DNA of 61,511 nt, taken from Pseudacidobacterium sp. Its GTDB lineage: Bacteria > Acidobacteriota > Terriglobia > Terriglobales > Acidobacteriaceae. Under the pieces are notes generated by a model. That model was not told where the DNA came from, did no database searches, and worked only from the letters and a program-made list of their open reading frames with translations. Below are positions 26,492 through 36,802 of this stretch, piece by piece. The position numbers were made by a program, and so were the translations under genes. The DNA lies in NCBI GenBank assembly GCA_036264445.1, contig DATAQW010000424.1, forward strand, positions 1 through 61,511, written 5' to 3'. Position 1 is the stretch's first letter. Each line of letters opens with the position of its first letter.

Positions 26492-28366
26492 ATGGCAGAC
26501 GTCCTAAATTCTGAACAAACCGAGAGCACCCCTCTGAACACCGAACTTGAAACCCCAACGCTGGAAGCAGCGACGGAGCAAGCCGAGCCGTCCCTTGAAA
26601 CCACCCATAACCCGGAAGTCTCTTCCGACGAACCCGCCCCTGCTGAACACTCTATAGCTGTCCATTCCGAAGAAGAACCGGACCTGAACAGCATGGAAGA
26701 CTTTGCCGCGGTGCTTGAGTCCTTTGACCGCGAGCAGGCCGCAGAGGCAGCAGCACAGGCGTTTGACGATCAGCACATCGTATCGGGCACAGTCATCAAG
26801 CTGACCGATAAGCATGTTGTCGTCGATGTCGGATTGAAGTCCGAAGGCCTGATCCCGATCGAGCAGGTCGTTGACCACGCAGGTCAGCCGAAGCTCAACC
26901 CAGGAGATGCCGTTGAAGTCGTGATCGAGCGCGAGGAAGCCGAAGGCGGCTACCTGCTGAGCTACGAGAAGGCCCTGCGGCACCGCGTGTGGGACACAAT
27001 CGAGAAGGCCGCCAATGAGAAGACCAATCTCACCGGAACGGTTCTGGGGCGCGTAAAGGGTGGCCTGACGGTCGATATCGGAATCAAGGCATTTCTCCCG
27101 GGCTCACAAGTGGAAGTCCGCCCAGTACGCAATCTCGACGCATATATCGGCCAGCAGATTGAAATTCGCGTCATCAAGCTGAACAAGAAGCGCGGCAATG
27201 TGGTTGTCTCCCGCAAGGAAATCCTCGAAGAAGAGCAGACAACCAAGCGCTCGCAAACGCTGGAGCACCTCGAAGAAGGCAGCATCCTTACCGGAACAGT
27301 GAAAAACCTGACAGATTACGGCGCCTTCGTCGATCTCGGTGGCATCGATGGCCTGCTGCACATCACCGACATGTCCTGGGGCCGCCTGACACATCCGCGC
27401 GACCTGGTGAACGTCAGCGATGAGATTCAGGTCAAAGTCCTCAAGTTCGACCGCGAAAAGCAGCGCGTTTCGCTCGGCTTTAAGCAGCTCACGCCTGATC
27501 CGTGGCTTGATGCCGTCGAGCGTTACCCGATCGGCGCACGCGTGCGTGGCCGCGTCCTGAGCGTGACTGATTACGGCGCATTCGTAGAACTGGAGCAGGG
27601 CATCGAAGGCCTTGTCCACGTCTCGGAAATGACCTGGTCGAAACGGATGAAGCATCCGTCGAAACTGGTCAAGCCGGGGGATGAAGTCGAGACCGTCATT
27701 CTCGCTGTCAATCCGGGCGACCGCCGTATCTCGCTGGGCATGAAGCAGCTCCTCGAGAATCCGTGGGAGCATCTGGTCGAGCGTTATCCGGCAGGCACGA
27801 CAGTTGAAGGCCGGGTCCGCAACCTGACCGATTTCGGGGCTTTCATCGAGATCGAAGATGGTATCGACGGCCTCGTGCACGTCAGTAACCTCAGCTGGAC
27901 CAAGCGCGTGAAGCATCCTTCTGAAGTCCTGAAGAAGGGCGAGAAAGTACGCGCTGTAGTCCTCGGCGTAGAGCCAGAAAACCGCCGTCTCTCGCTCGGA
28001 GTCAAGCAGCTCCAACCCGATGTGTGGGAAACCTTCTTTGCGCAGCACCGCGTTGGCGATGTTGTCCACGGCAAGGTTCTGCGCACGGCACAGTTCGGCG
28101 CTTTCGTCGAAATTGCTGAAGGAGTCGAGGGTCTGTGCCACGTCTCCGAAGCAACCGACACCCATGGCGTCCCCGTAAAGCTCGACGTTGGCCAGGAGCA
28201 CGACTTCAAAATCATCAAGATGAATCCGGATGAGAAGAAGGTCGGCCTGAGCCTGCGCGCAGTCGGCGAAGAAGCCAGCCGCGCCGATGTGGAGGCCTAC
28301 AAGCAACCGGTCTCAAGCTCAACCACAACACTGGGTGATCTGGTGAACTGGAAGCGCGATCAGTAA
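26492..28366 (+). CDS. rpsA: 30S ribosomal protein S1
   Basis: Six S1 repeats (DYGAFVDLGGIDGLLHITDMSW etc.) and an acidic N-terminal extension. Confidence 0.98.
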   Translation: MADVLNSEQTESTPLNTELETPTLEAATEQAEPSLETTHNPEVSSDEPAPAEHSIAVHSEEEPDLNSMEDFAAVLESFDREQAAEAAAQAFDDQHIVSGTVIKLTDKHVVVDVGLKSEGLIPIEQVVDHAGQPKLNPGDAVEVVIEREEAEGGYLLSYEKALRHRVWDTIEKAANEKTNLTGTVLGRVKGGLTVDIGIKAFLPGSQVEVRPVRNLDAYIGQQIEIRVIKLNKKRGNVVVSRKEILEEEQTTKRSQTLEHLEEGSILTGTVKNLTDYGAFVDLGGIDGLLHITDMSWGRLTHPRDLVNVSDEIQVKVLKFDREKQRVSLGFKQLTPDPWLDAVERYPIGARVRGRVLSVTDYGAFVELEQGIEGLVHVSEMTWSKRMKHPSKLVKPGDEVETVILAVNPGDRRISLGMKQLLENPWEHLVERYPAGTTVEGRVRNLTDFGAFIEIEDGIDGLVHVSNLSWTKRVKHPSEVLKKGEKVRAVVLGVEPENRRLSLGVKQLQPDVWETFFAQHRVGDVVHGKVLRTAQFGAFVEIAEGVEGLCHVSEATDTHGVPVKLDVGQEHDFKIIKMNPDEKKVGLSLRAVGEEASRADVEAYKQPVSSSTTTLGDLVNWKRDQ

Positions 28367-28378
28367 TCAGCCCTCAAG

Positions 28379-28424
28379 TTATAAAGAAAAACGCCATCCA
28401 AATGGATGGCGTTTTTCTTTATAA
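28379..28424. terminator. Bidirectional terminator, perfect 22-bp inverted repeat
   Basis: TTATAAAGAAAAACGCCATCCA-AA-TGGATGGCGTTTTTCTTTATAA. Confidence 0.9.
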
Positions 28425-28500
28425 AACCAGTGCTGTTGTCTCAGAATCTGGGTGCCCCCATCCATTGCACAGCAACGGTAAGAGCAGAGTGACTGGAAAT

Positions 28501-28770
28501 CTAAGCGGCCCAGGGCGGCGCGCCGCCAAGAATCGCCGCGCCAGACATATGCGCCGGACCATGCCATTCAGGCACGGTGAAAGCCCTCTGCGGATGCACC
28601 GTCGCCTCTACGCCATTCCGATGATGTTGCTCCAGAGCTTCAAAGACCTTCTGCATCGCAGCCCTGCGTTCCTCAGGCGATTTGCGCTCAAAGTAAAGCG
28701 CATAGCTCTGCCCGCAGATGCTGCACTCAATATCGGCACGTTCAGAAGTAGCGAGGCAAAAGACCTGCAT
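28501..28770 (-). CDS. Small hypothetical protein, possibly Zn-binding
   Basis: AAGGAG RBS before MQVFC, a CSIC motif and HH..HP. Confidence 0.65.
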   Translation of the reverse strand: MQVFCLATSERADIECSICGQSYALYFERKSPEERRAAMQKVFEALEQHHRNGVEATVHPQRAFTVPEWHGPAHMSGAAILGGAPPWAA

Positions 28771-29164
28771 GCATATCTCCTTCGTAATCGAGGCTGGCGG
28801 AGTGGAGGATGGCAGGGGGTGGGCGCCATTCATCTCTCCGATGGTGTTTCGATGTCGCGCACCGTTTCTTGTTCTTTAGATGCTGCGAAAGAAGGATGTT
28901 ATCTGTTGATAAATACCACCCGCGTAAACGGATTATGAAATCTTATAACCGCCGCATTTTCTGCGGTGCGTGATATTCGCACAGGTATTGAGAAGAAATC
29001 AAGCAGGAAAATTTGTTACCAAGGTAGGCATACTGTCAGCATGCCCTATAAATTTTGCCTCCTGAGCGAATTATCGGGTCGACCACAGAGCGAAGGAATG
29101 TATAGAGAAACAAGAGGACGCCGTCAAGAGGAGGTGCGGGGTGCCCATGTTCGGCGCGCAGCAC

Positions 29165-29368
29165 CTAATATGAGGTTGTTTTCGCCGCCTTCGCCTGAGC
29201 CTTCGCCATCCAGTGCCGATACTTTTCCGGCTTGTCCTCCCGCAGCGAATCCTCAATCGCCTTGCGATACCCACCCGTATAGATGGAATACATCACCGCA
29301 AGCGCGCAACCTACTCCGAAACCAAAACCGCAAAAGAACCCAATAATCCCGCTAATAAAAAAATTCAT
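29165..29368 (-). CDS. Small single-TM membrane protein downstream of dnaB
   Basis: ATG 7 nt after the dnaB stop, GGAG within the dnaB 3' end, hydrophobic N-terminus and basic tail. Confidence 0.6.
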   Translation of the reverse strand: MNFFISGIIGFFCGFGFGVGCALAVMYSIYTGGYRKAIEDSLREDKPEKYRHWMAKAQAKAAKTTSY

Positions 29369-29375
29369 GACGGTA

Positions 29376-30776
29376 TCAATACTCTCCGCCGTCACCGCCG
29401 AAAGCAAGATTTTCAAAACGGGTGCATTTTGAAAGATACGCAAGATGTACGGACCCGGTCGGGCCGTTACGTTGCTTGGCGATAATGATCTCCGCCTTGC
29501 CCTCGGTCTCCGGATCGGGCTGCCCATTCTCATCGCGGTTGTAATACGCCTCGCGATGAATAAAGGCGACCACATCGGCATCCTGCTCGATTGATCCCGA
29601 TTCGCGCAGATCAGAAAGCATCGGCTTCTTATCGCCGCCGCGCTGTTCAGAAGCACGGCTCAACTGCGAAAGAGCAATGACCGGCACCTGCAACTCCTTC
29701 GCCAGCGCCTTTAATCCACGCGAAATCGCCGACACTTCCTGCGTGCGGTTTTCATACCGCTTCTGCCCGGGACCGCCTGCGCTCGCTGTCATTAGTTGCA
29801 GGTAATCGACAACAACCAGATCAAGCGCCCCGTGCATCTGCCGCAGGCGCCGTGCCTTGGCGCGCATTTCCGTAAGTGAAATGCCGGGCGTGTCATCGAT
29901 AAAGCACTTCGACTCGGCAAGCTGCTCCAGTGCGTGCGTCAGCTTTTGCTGGTCCTCACGCAGCAAAAAGCCTTTCTGAATCTTCTGCGAATCCACCAGC
30001 GCCTGTGATGCCAGCATGCGCCGTAGCAGCGATTCCTTCGACATTTCGAGCGAGAAGATGGCAACCACTTTCCCGCTATATACAGCCGCATTCTGCGCAA
30101 TGTTGATGGCCCATGCAGTTTTTCCCATCGAAGGACGCGCCGCAATAATAATCAGCTCCGATTGCTGCAAACCGCTGGTCATGCGGTCAAAATCATTGAA
30201 GTGCGTTGCGAGCCCAGTGACCTCGCGGCCTTCTTTGTAAAGATTGTCGATAGTCCCAAACGAATCGCGAACAATCTCCGGAATGCTGGCAAACCCGCGC
30301 GTAATACCGCGCTCTGTGACTTCAAGCAATCCGCTTTCAGCCGCATTCAGAACTTCAAGCGCCTCTTCACTCTGGTCGGCTGCGCGCGTAATCGCAGTCG
30401 AGCAGATATTAATCAACTGCCTTAAGAGCGACTTGTCCTTAACGATGCGGACATACTCTTCAATCGAAGGCCGTCGCGGCAGTCCTTCCGTCAGCGAGGC
30501 AAGATAAGCAACGCCGCCAATCGCCTCAACTTCCTTCCGCTTCGCCAGTTCTTCTGAAAGCGTGACGATATCAACTGCCCGGCCCGCGTCAATCAGCTCT
30601 GCCATGCGGCTGAAGATGCGCCGGTGCGAATCGAGCGCAAAATCATCAGCATGCAGCTTTTCCGCCGCCTCGTTGTAGGCGTGGTTGTCGAGCAGTACAG
30701 CGCCGAGAATCGACTTCTCTGCGTCGATGCTCGCAGGCAGTCCCCGCTCGAATTCAATGTCGGGAGTAGTGACCAT
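29376..30776 (-). CDS. dnaB: Replicative DNA helicase
   Basis: AARPSMGKT, FSLEMS, VVDYLQL, LSQLSR, DLRESGSIEQDAD and KQRNGP motifs. No intein. Confidence 0.99.
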   Translation of the reverse strand: MVTTPDIEFERGLPASIDAEKSILGAVLLDNHAYNEAAEKLHADDFALDSHRRIFSRMAELIDAGRAVDIVTLSEELAKRKEVEAIGGVAYLASLTEGLPRRPSIEEYVRIVKDKSLLRQLINICSTAITRAADQSEEALEVLNAAESGLLEVTERGITRGFASIPEIVRDSFGTIDNLYKEGREVTGLATHFNDFDRMTSGLQQSELIIIAARPSMGKTAWAINIAQNAAVYSGKVVAIFSLEMSKESLLRRMLASQALVDSQKIQKGFLLREDQQKLTHALEQLAESKCFIDDTPGISLTEMRAKARRLRQMHGALDLVVVDYLQLMTASAGGPGQKRYENRTQEVSAISRGLKALAKELQVPVIALSQLSRASEQRGGDKKPMLSDLRESGSIEQDADVVAFIHREAYYNRDENGQPDPETEGKAEIIIAKQRNGPTGSVHLAYLSKCTRFENLAFGGDGGEY

Positions 30777-30974
30777 GAAATGTTAGTGTAGGTCACTCCC
30801 AAACAGGAGGAACTCCTGTGGAATCTGTGTGAATCCAGTCAGTTATGTGCAATGCTGGCTCACCCTCACGATAGTCTGGAATCTTCAAAGCATGCCTTGG
30901 CGCACTTCCACTGGAGCATCTGTTTCGTCTAATCCACAAGAGGCGATATCATGAAAGTGTCCCCAAGATAGATT

Positions 30975-31616
30975 ATGAAGCCGATGTTTACCCATATTTC
31001 GATGTTGCTGGCCACTCTATGCGCCTGCACGCCCTTGCTCCATGCACAATCTGCCACCGTGACGCCGGCCACTGCCACTCCTGCGCAGAGCGCTGAAATC
31101 AAGGAGATGCAGAAGCTTGAGGACCAGTGGAGTGACGCCGTGGTCAAGCGCGACCAATATGGACTGGAACTCCTGCTCTCGCCTCTCTACGTCGGTATTT
31201 CATCATCGGGCGAAGTTACCACCCGGAATCAGCAGATTGCAGCACTTTTTCAAAGAAGCGTTGACCCGCTCACGATGGAGCAGCGGGTCGTAAGCGTACG
31301 CATGCTGGGCGATGTCGCCGTAGTGAACGGGACTTACATCGTGCGCCGTAAAGACAATTCCACCGCTGTCGAAGAGCGCGGCATTTTTACCCATGTTTTC
31401 CAGCGTGTGCGCTCCAACTGGCTCTGCATCAATGCGCAGCGGACTCTGATCGCTGAAGGAGCCCCTGGAAAACAACAAAAGGTCACAAAGAAGAGCAACG
31501 CCGAGCTGCCCTTCCATGTTCCTTTCATTCACAAGGGTGCTGATTCAACGCAGCAACAGCAACCACCAGCACAAACTGACACACAGGCAAACCAGCAACA
31601 GCAGCCGCCCCAATAA
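30975..31616 (+). CDS. Exported NTF2/SnoaL-like (DUF4440) protein
   Basis: Signal peptide, LEDQWSDAVVKRD, GDVAVVNG and FTHVFQR..W motifs. Confidence 0.8.
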   Translation: MKPMFTHISMLLATLCACTPLLHAQSATVTPATATPAQSAEIKEMQKLEDQWSDAVVKRDQYGLELLLSPLYVGISSSGEVTTRNQQIAALFQRSVDPLTMEQRVVSVRMLGDVAVVNGTYIVRRKDNSTAVEERGIFTHVFQRVRSNWLCINAQRTLIAEGAPGKQQKVTKKSNAELPFHVPFIHKGADSTQQQQPPAQTDTQANQQQQPPQ

Positions 31617-31760
31617 GATGCGCCGGCAATTATTGACGCTGGGAATGATTTGGCGCAAACGTGCCGGGTATCGCGCTCCAGCATTCCCATGACAACGGTT
31701 TTATGATCGGCCTTCAGTCGGGTCTTGAGCGATGCGCCGAAGGCGCGTGTGCCTGGACGG

Positions 31761-33356
31761 CTAGTCCCCGTCCAGATCTACGAGATGCACCTGCAAGATC
31801 GCATCCACGCCACGCAGCGCATCGAGCACGGAAGCCGTCACACTTCCATCAATCTGCACAACTGCAAGAGCATTGCCCTGAGGCACTCGCTCGCTGCGAT
31901 CTGAGCGCCCAAGCGCAAAATTTGCGATGTTGATTTTGTGATCGCCGAGAATCGTGCCCACACGACCGATCACGCCGGGAACGTCGCGATTGTGCATTGT
32001 AAGCAAATTCCCCTGCAACGGCGCTTCAATATCAATGCCATCGAGACTCAGCAGGCGGGCTGAGCTTCCATGCAGAACAGTAGCGCTTGCCGTCACATCC
32101 GACGAAGGCGTATGCAGCTTCAACTTCAGCACGCTTCCCGCGCCACCAGACGCCGCTTCTTCCTTTTCCTCATGAATACGAATGCCGCGCTCCTGGGCCA
32201 CCGCCGCCGCATTGATGCGGTTCACATTCTCAGAGTGGCCAAGCACTCCGGCAATCGCACTGTTGCGGATCAGCTCCGTTTTTCCTTCAGCAATGCGTCC
32301 GCTATAAGAGAGCTGGATGCTCTCGATGCCTCCCTGTGGAAACTGCGCAAGGAAAGCTCCAAGCCGTCCCGCCATTTCGATGTACGGAGCAACTTCCAGA
32401 TACTCTTCATGCGAAAGCGACGGCAGATTCACCGCATTCTGCACCACGCCCAGTTTGAGATACTCACGCACCTGCAGTGCAATCTGCACGCCAACCGCTT
32501 CCTGCGCCTCCGCAGTCGATCCGGCAATGTGGGGCGTAAGAATCACATTCTCCAACCCGAAGAACGGCGAATTCTTCAGCGGTTCCTGATGGAAGACATC
32601 GAGTCCAGCTCCGCCGACCTGGCCATTTTTCAATCCATCCGCCAAAGCCTCTTCTACAATCAGCTCGCCACGCGCGCAGTTGATGATGCGCACACCTTTC
32701 TTCATCGTGGCAATGGTCTGCGCGTTGATGATGCCCGTCGTCTGAGGAGTCAGACCGACGTGCAGTGTTAAGTAATCCGATTCCGTAAAGAGTTCTTCCA
32801 AAGAAACCAGCTTGATTGCATTCTCACGCGCCACAGCAGCCGAAACAAAAGGATCGTGCCCGATCAGCTCCATCCCGAAGCTGCGCGCACGGCGGGATAC
32901 TTCAAGCCCAATGCGCCCCAACCCAAGAATCCCGAGCTTTTTGTTGCGAAGCTCCACGCCTTGCAGAGACTTCTTCTCCCACTTGCCCGCATGCATCGTG
33001 GTATTCGCTTTAGGGACCATGCGCGCAAGTCCGAGCATCAGTCCAATCGTCAGTTCAGCGACAGCGACAGCATTTGCGCCGGGAGTATTCATAACCACGA
33101 TGCCCCGGCGTGTCGCCGCATCAGCATCGATGTTGTCTACACCGACGCCGGCACGGCCAATCACACGCAGCTTCGGAGCAGCAGCCAGCAGCTTGTCATC
33201 CACCTGCACAGCAGAGCGGACAACGAGACCATCGGCATCCGCCAGCGATGCCGGCAGGTCCGTGACCTGGTCGTGAGTGAGAATTTTCCAGTCCGGCTCA
33301 GCCTTGAAGACAGCCAGTGTAGCGGGAGAAACCTTTTCGGCGAGAACGATCTTCAT
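31761..33356 (-). CDS. serA: D-3-phosphoglycerate dehydrogenase (with ASB/ACT domains)
   Basis: RAGVGVDNID, GLGRIG, NCARG, TPHIAGST and ACT motif NRDVPGVIG. AGGAG RBS before MKIVL. Confidence 0.96.
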   Translation of the reverse strand: MKIVLAEKVSPATLAVFKAEPDWKILTHDQVTDLPASLADADGLVVRSAVQVDDKLLAAAPKLRVIGRAGVGVDNIDADAATRRGIVVMNTPGANAVAVAELTIGLMLGLARMVPKANTTMHAGKWEKKSLQGVELRNKKLGILGLGRIGLEVSRRARSFGMELIGHDPFVSAAVARENAIKLVSLEELFTESDYLTLHVGLTPQTTGIINAQTIATMKKGVRIINCARGELIVEEALADGLKNGQVGGAGLDVFHQEPLKNSPFFGLENVILTPHIAGSTAEAQEAVGVQIALQVREYLKLGVVQNAVNLPSLSHEEYLEVAPYIEMAGRLGAFLAQFPQGGIESIQLSYSGRIAEGKTELIRNSAIAGVLGHSENVNRINAAAVAQERGIRIHEEKEEAASGGAGSVLKLKLHTPSSDVTASATVLHGSSARLLSLDGIDIEAPLQGNLLTMHNRDVPGVIGRVGTILGDHKINIANFALGRSDRSERVPQGNALAVVQIDGSVTASVLDALRGVDAILQVHLVDLDGD

Positions 33357-33469
33357 CTTACTCCTGAATGTTCCGTAGTAACTATAGCGATGCAAGGTTG
33401 TCTTCCCGGCCGGAATCGCGTAGCGACGGAGCGGGAAGGACCTGAAGTTTGTTATTGCTGACGATTAAC

Positions 33470-33545
33470 GTTTTGCAGTTTCACGGCTTGAGCCGTGCCA
33501 TAAGCATGCGAATAAAGGGCAGCTGAAACAGTGCCCCTTTAAAGA
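33470..33545. repeat. Degenerate REP-like palindromic element (GGCTTTAGCC family)
   Basis: CACGGCTTGAGCCGTGCCATAA resembles 45046-45067. Confidence 0.55.
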
Positions 33546-33548
33546 TTC

Positions 33549-34763
33549 TTACCGCGCCCCAACAGCCTCACCAACAGGCTCATTCTTCTTCGCCGTACGC
33601 TCGACATAGACCTTCTGCGCCGCAGCAAGGGCCTTACCAAACTCGAATCCCGGCAAATTGAGCGAGGAAGCAGCCACCTGCTCCAGCGCGCCAACTATCG
33701 CAATCGTATCCATGTAGTCGAAGAAACCGATGTGGGCAACGCGGAAGATCTGACCCTTCATCTCGCCCTGTCCATTGGTGATGACAGCAGCAAAACGGTT
33801 CTTTAATTCCTTCACGACCACGCCCGAATCCACTCCAGCGGGCGGTAGTATAGCCGTCGCCGCAGCCGCAGGAGCATCGGGAGCGAACAACTTCAGCCCC
33901 AGAGCTTCAACCGCCGCGCGGGTCATCGCAGCGCAGGTTTCGGCATTATCTACAAGAGCCTTGCGCCCCGCAGCAAGATCGCCTCCGCCCTGCGCGGCGA
34001 TGTAATCAAGCGCAGCGCCCAGAGCAGCAATCAACGCCACCGCCGGAGTATAGGCCGACTCGCCTTTCTGCGCATTCTTGCGCTCCTTGCGCAGATCAAA
34101 GTAGTAACGCGGATTGAGCGAAATCTCCATCGCATCCCACGCCTTCTGGCTCACGCTCAGATACGCAAGGCCGGGCGGGATCATGACCGCCTTCTGCGAT
34201 CCGCCGATCATAATGTCGACGCCCCACGCGTCCACGTCGAAGTGCGTCGTGCCGAGTCCGGTAATGGCATCCACCACCAGCAGGGCTTCGCTCTTCGCAG
34301 ACTTCAGCAGCTCCGCGACACCCTTCACATCATGCCGCGCGCCGGTTGAAGATTCCGTCGCCTGCATAAAAACAGCGCGAGTCTCGATCTTCAGCGCCTT
34401 GCGCACTTCATCAAGCGAAAAGGTCTGCCCGTTTGGGGCCTTCACCACATCAACTGCACAGCCAAAGGCCTTGGTCAGCGCCTCCCAGCGCTCGCCAAAT
34501 TTTCCAGCCGAAAGCACCAGGACGCGGTCGCCGGGCGAGGTCAGATTGGAGACAGCAGCCTCCATCGCACCGGTCCCGGACGAGGCCAGCAGCAGCACAT
34601 CATTCTTCGTGCCGACAAAGGCCTTCAACTGTTCCAACACCCGTTGGTACAGCGCGCGGAACTCTGCTGTGCGGTGATGAATATCGGCGGCCGCCATGGC
34701 GAACTGCGCTGCGGGAAGCAGCGGCGTGGGACCGGGCGTAAACAGGCGCGTTTTGCGAATCAT
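33549..34763 (-). CDS. Class V PLP-dependent aminotransferase (serine-pyruvate/alanine-glyoxylate type)
   Basis: FTPGPT, SSGTGAMEA, VVDAIT, GSQKA (PLP lysine) and FRVAHIG. Confidence 0.92.
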   Translation of the reverse strand: MIRKTRLFTPGPTPLLPAAQFAMAAADIHHRTAEFRALYQRVLEQLKAFVGTKNDVLLLASSGTGAMEAAVSNLTSPGDRVLVLSAGKFGERWEALTKAFGCAVDVVKAPNGQTFSLDEVRKALKIETRAVFMQATESSTGARHDVKGVAELLKSAKSEALLVVDAITGLGTTHFDVDAWGVDIMIGGSQKAVMIPPGLAYLSVSQKAWDAMEISLNPRYYFDLRKERKNAQKGESAYTPAVALIAALGAALDYIAAQGGGDLAAGRKALVDNAETCAAMTRAAVEALGLKLFAPDAPAAAATAILPPAGVDSGVVVKELKNRFAAVITNGQGEMKGQIFRVAHIGFFDYMDTIAIVGALEQVAASSLNLPGFEFGKALAAAQKVYVERTAKKNEPVGEAVGAR

Positions 34764-34871
34764 TGTTTCAGAATCCTCATATTCATTGTAGCGAGAGGCT
34801 TCCGATCGCGTTTCTTTCTATAATGGAGGTTTGGCCCTTCAACAAAGATATAGTTTGGAGCAAGAGACACA

Positions 34872-35327
34872 TTGAGCCTTACTGAACAGATTGAAAAAGA
34901 TATTGTCGCCGCCATGAAGGCGCGCGAAGCCGAACGTCTCTCCACCCTGCGCATGGTCAAGACCGCGTTTAAGAACAAGGAAATTGACAAGCGCGCTCCC
35001 CTCACTGACGCTGAAGCACAGCAGATTCTGACCACGCTCATCAAGCAGCGCCGCGAGTCCGTCGAGCAGTTCACCAAAGGCAACCGCCCTGAGCTTGCCG
35101 CTAAAGAACAGGCAGAGATCGTGCTCATAGAAAGCTACTTGCCCAAATCCGCCAGCGAAGAAGATATTAAGAAGCTAGTAGAAGAGGCCCTCGCCGGACA
35201 AACCCTCGGCCCGAAAGACATGGGCGCCGCCATGAAAGCCGTCCAGGCAAAGATTCAGGCTTCAGGCCTACGCGCGGATGGAAAGCAAGTAAGCGAGATC
35301 GTAAAAACGAAACTGACTGGAAATTAA
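34872..35327 (+). CDS. GatB/YqeY domain protein
   Basis: AMKAR..RLSTLRM, KQRRESVEQF, YLP and KDMGAAMK motifs. Confidence 0.93.
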   Translation: MSLTEQIEKDIVAAMKAREAERLSTLRMVKTAFKNKEIDKRAPLTDAEAQQILTTLIKQRRESVEQFTKGNRPELAAKEQAEIVLIESYLPKSASEEDIKKLVEEALAGQTLGPKDMGAAMKAVQAKIQASGLRADGKQVSEIVKTKLTGN

Positions 35328-35352
35328 GAATACAGCGGTTGCCACAAAAGCC

Positions 35353-35387
35353 GGTGCCCCAGGTTCGCGAAGCTAACCTGGGGCATC
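35353..35387. repeat. REP-like hairpin (GGTGCCCC family), may act as terminator
   Basis: TGCCCCAGGTT-CGCGAAGCT-AACCTGGGGCA between convergent genes. Degenerate relatives at ~28450 and ~29138. Confidence 0.6.
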
Positions 35388-35412
35388 CAATCTCATCCGA
35401 ATCAAGAAGTAA

Positions 35413-36003
35413 CTATCCTTCCCTGACCACCTTCACAAACACTCCGTCCGGTAATTCCCCATCGAGCAGATGAATCACACCACCCTTCACAAACCCGCGA
35501 AGAGTTTGCGGTTTCTGCGCAGGCGCGCCCGAGGACGAAGCCGATCTCCCCATTCCCCTGTCCATAGCCTGATTCGCCAGCCGGTCTGCGTTCTGGTTTT
35601 TACCGCGCAGGACGTGCTGGATCTGAAACCCTTCAAGCTGGCCGATGCGACTCCGTGCCTCCTCATACAAAGGACGCAGCTCCGGGCTGTTGACGCGGTA
35701 CTGACCCTTGACCTGCTTCACCATCAGCTCGGAGTCGGCGACCACTTTCAAATGACTGAAATTGTGCTCCAAAGCATAGGAAAGCGCCGCTAAAAGGCCC
35801 GAATATTCGGCAAAATTGTTCGTTTTTTTGCCCAAAAACTCGCTTAATTCGGCAATTTTCTGCCTGTTTTCGTCCTCGATATACACGCCGTATCCCGCAG
35901 GCCCGGGATTCCCGCGTGAGCCGCCATCGCAATAGGCGGTAATCCATGATATTTTCCCTTGACCCGAAGCCGGAAAAAGCTGTCCTTCCTGTTCACTGCT
36001 CAT
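35413..36003 (-). CDS. rnhA: Ribonuclease HI (archaeal/actinobacterial-like type)
   Basis: CDGGSRGNPGPAG, TNNFAEY, DSELMVKQ and NQNADRLAN motifs. Confidence 0.9.
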   Translation of the reverse strand: MSSEQEGQLFPASGQGKISWITAYCDGGSRGNPGPAGYGVYIEDENRQKIAELSEFLGKKTNNFAEYSGLLAALSYALEHNFSHLKVVADSELMVKQVKGQYRVNSPELRPLYEEARSRIGQLEGFQIQHVLRGKNQNADRLANQAMDRGMGRSASSSGAPAQKPQTLRGFVKGGVIHLLDGELPDGVFVKVVREG

Positions 36004-36117
36004 GAGCCGAGTGTAAATGCTCCACAGAGGCGAAAGTGATAGAACCTGCTTACTTTTCGCCCCCAAAATTCGTCTTATAAAGTGCATTTTGCAACCGCAG
36101 TTTCTGGAGTAGGAAGA

Positions 36118-36798
36118 ATGGCTGCAGACGCACTTCGAATCCCCGTTCCCACAGCTGCAACAGCGCACCCCGCCGGCAGAGCGGTACAATCCTCCCAAAG
36201 GATGCCCACAGAAGTACGCGACCGGACCACAGAAACCGAGCTGATTCGCGAAGCCCAGCAAGGCTCGCGCACTGCCTTTGACATTCTGGTGCGTCAATAT
36301 GATCAGGCGGTCTTAAGACTGGCTTTGCACCTGACCGGCTCAGAGCAGGATGCGCAGGATATCCACCAGGAAGCATTCCTGAAAGCCTTCCGGTACATCG
36401 GCAACTTCCGGTTTGAGTGCTCGTTCTATACCTGGATTTACCGGATCGTCACCAATCTCTGTCTGGACCAGCTGCGACGCCGCAAGTCGCGCCGCGAAGA
36501 TCCGGCGGTGATGATCGATGCATCCGGGGAAGAGATGGATCTGCTCAGTAACGTGAGCGACGACCGCTCCATCGCAAATCCAGACCGCGAGCTGCAACGC
36601 AAGATATTAGGCCAGCGCATCCAGGCGGCGCTTGAAAAACTGACGCCGCGCGAGCGCATGGTCTTCGAGCTGAAGCATTATCAGGGGCTGAAGCTCCGAA
36701 CGATCGGAGAAATGTTAAACACCACGGAAGAGACAGCCAAGAACACTCTCTTCCGCGCAACGAAAAAGCTAAGGGCAAACCTGGCGGAGATGCGTTGA
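36118..36798 (+). CDS. ECF RNA polymerase sigma factor
   Basis: DAQDIHQEAFLKA, FYTWIYRI and region 4 LRTIGEMLNTTEETAKNTLFRA. Confidence 0.93.
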   Translation: MAADALRIPVPTAATAHPAGRAVQSSQRMPTEVRDRTTETELIREAQQGSRTAFDILVRQYDQAVLRLALHLTGSEQDAQDIHQEAFLKAFRYIGNFRFECSFYTWIYRIVTNLCLDQLRRRKSRREDPAVMIDASGEEMDLLSNVSDDRSIANPDRELQRKILGQRIQAALEKLTPRERMVFELKHYQGLKLRTIGEMLNTTEETAKNTLFRATKKLRANLAEMR

Positions 36799-36802
36799 TG
36801 TT

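Noticed and set aside
27104-28306. 400-aa antisense ORF, and similar long shadow ORFs such as 38118-39089 and 56398-57294
   Set aside because: They lie opposite well-conserved genes, lack motifs, and are explained by codon bias in GC-rich DNA.
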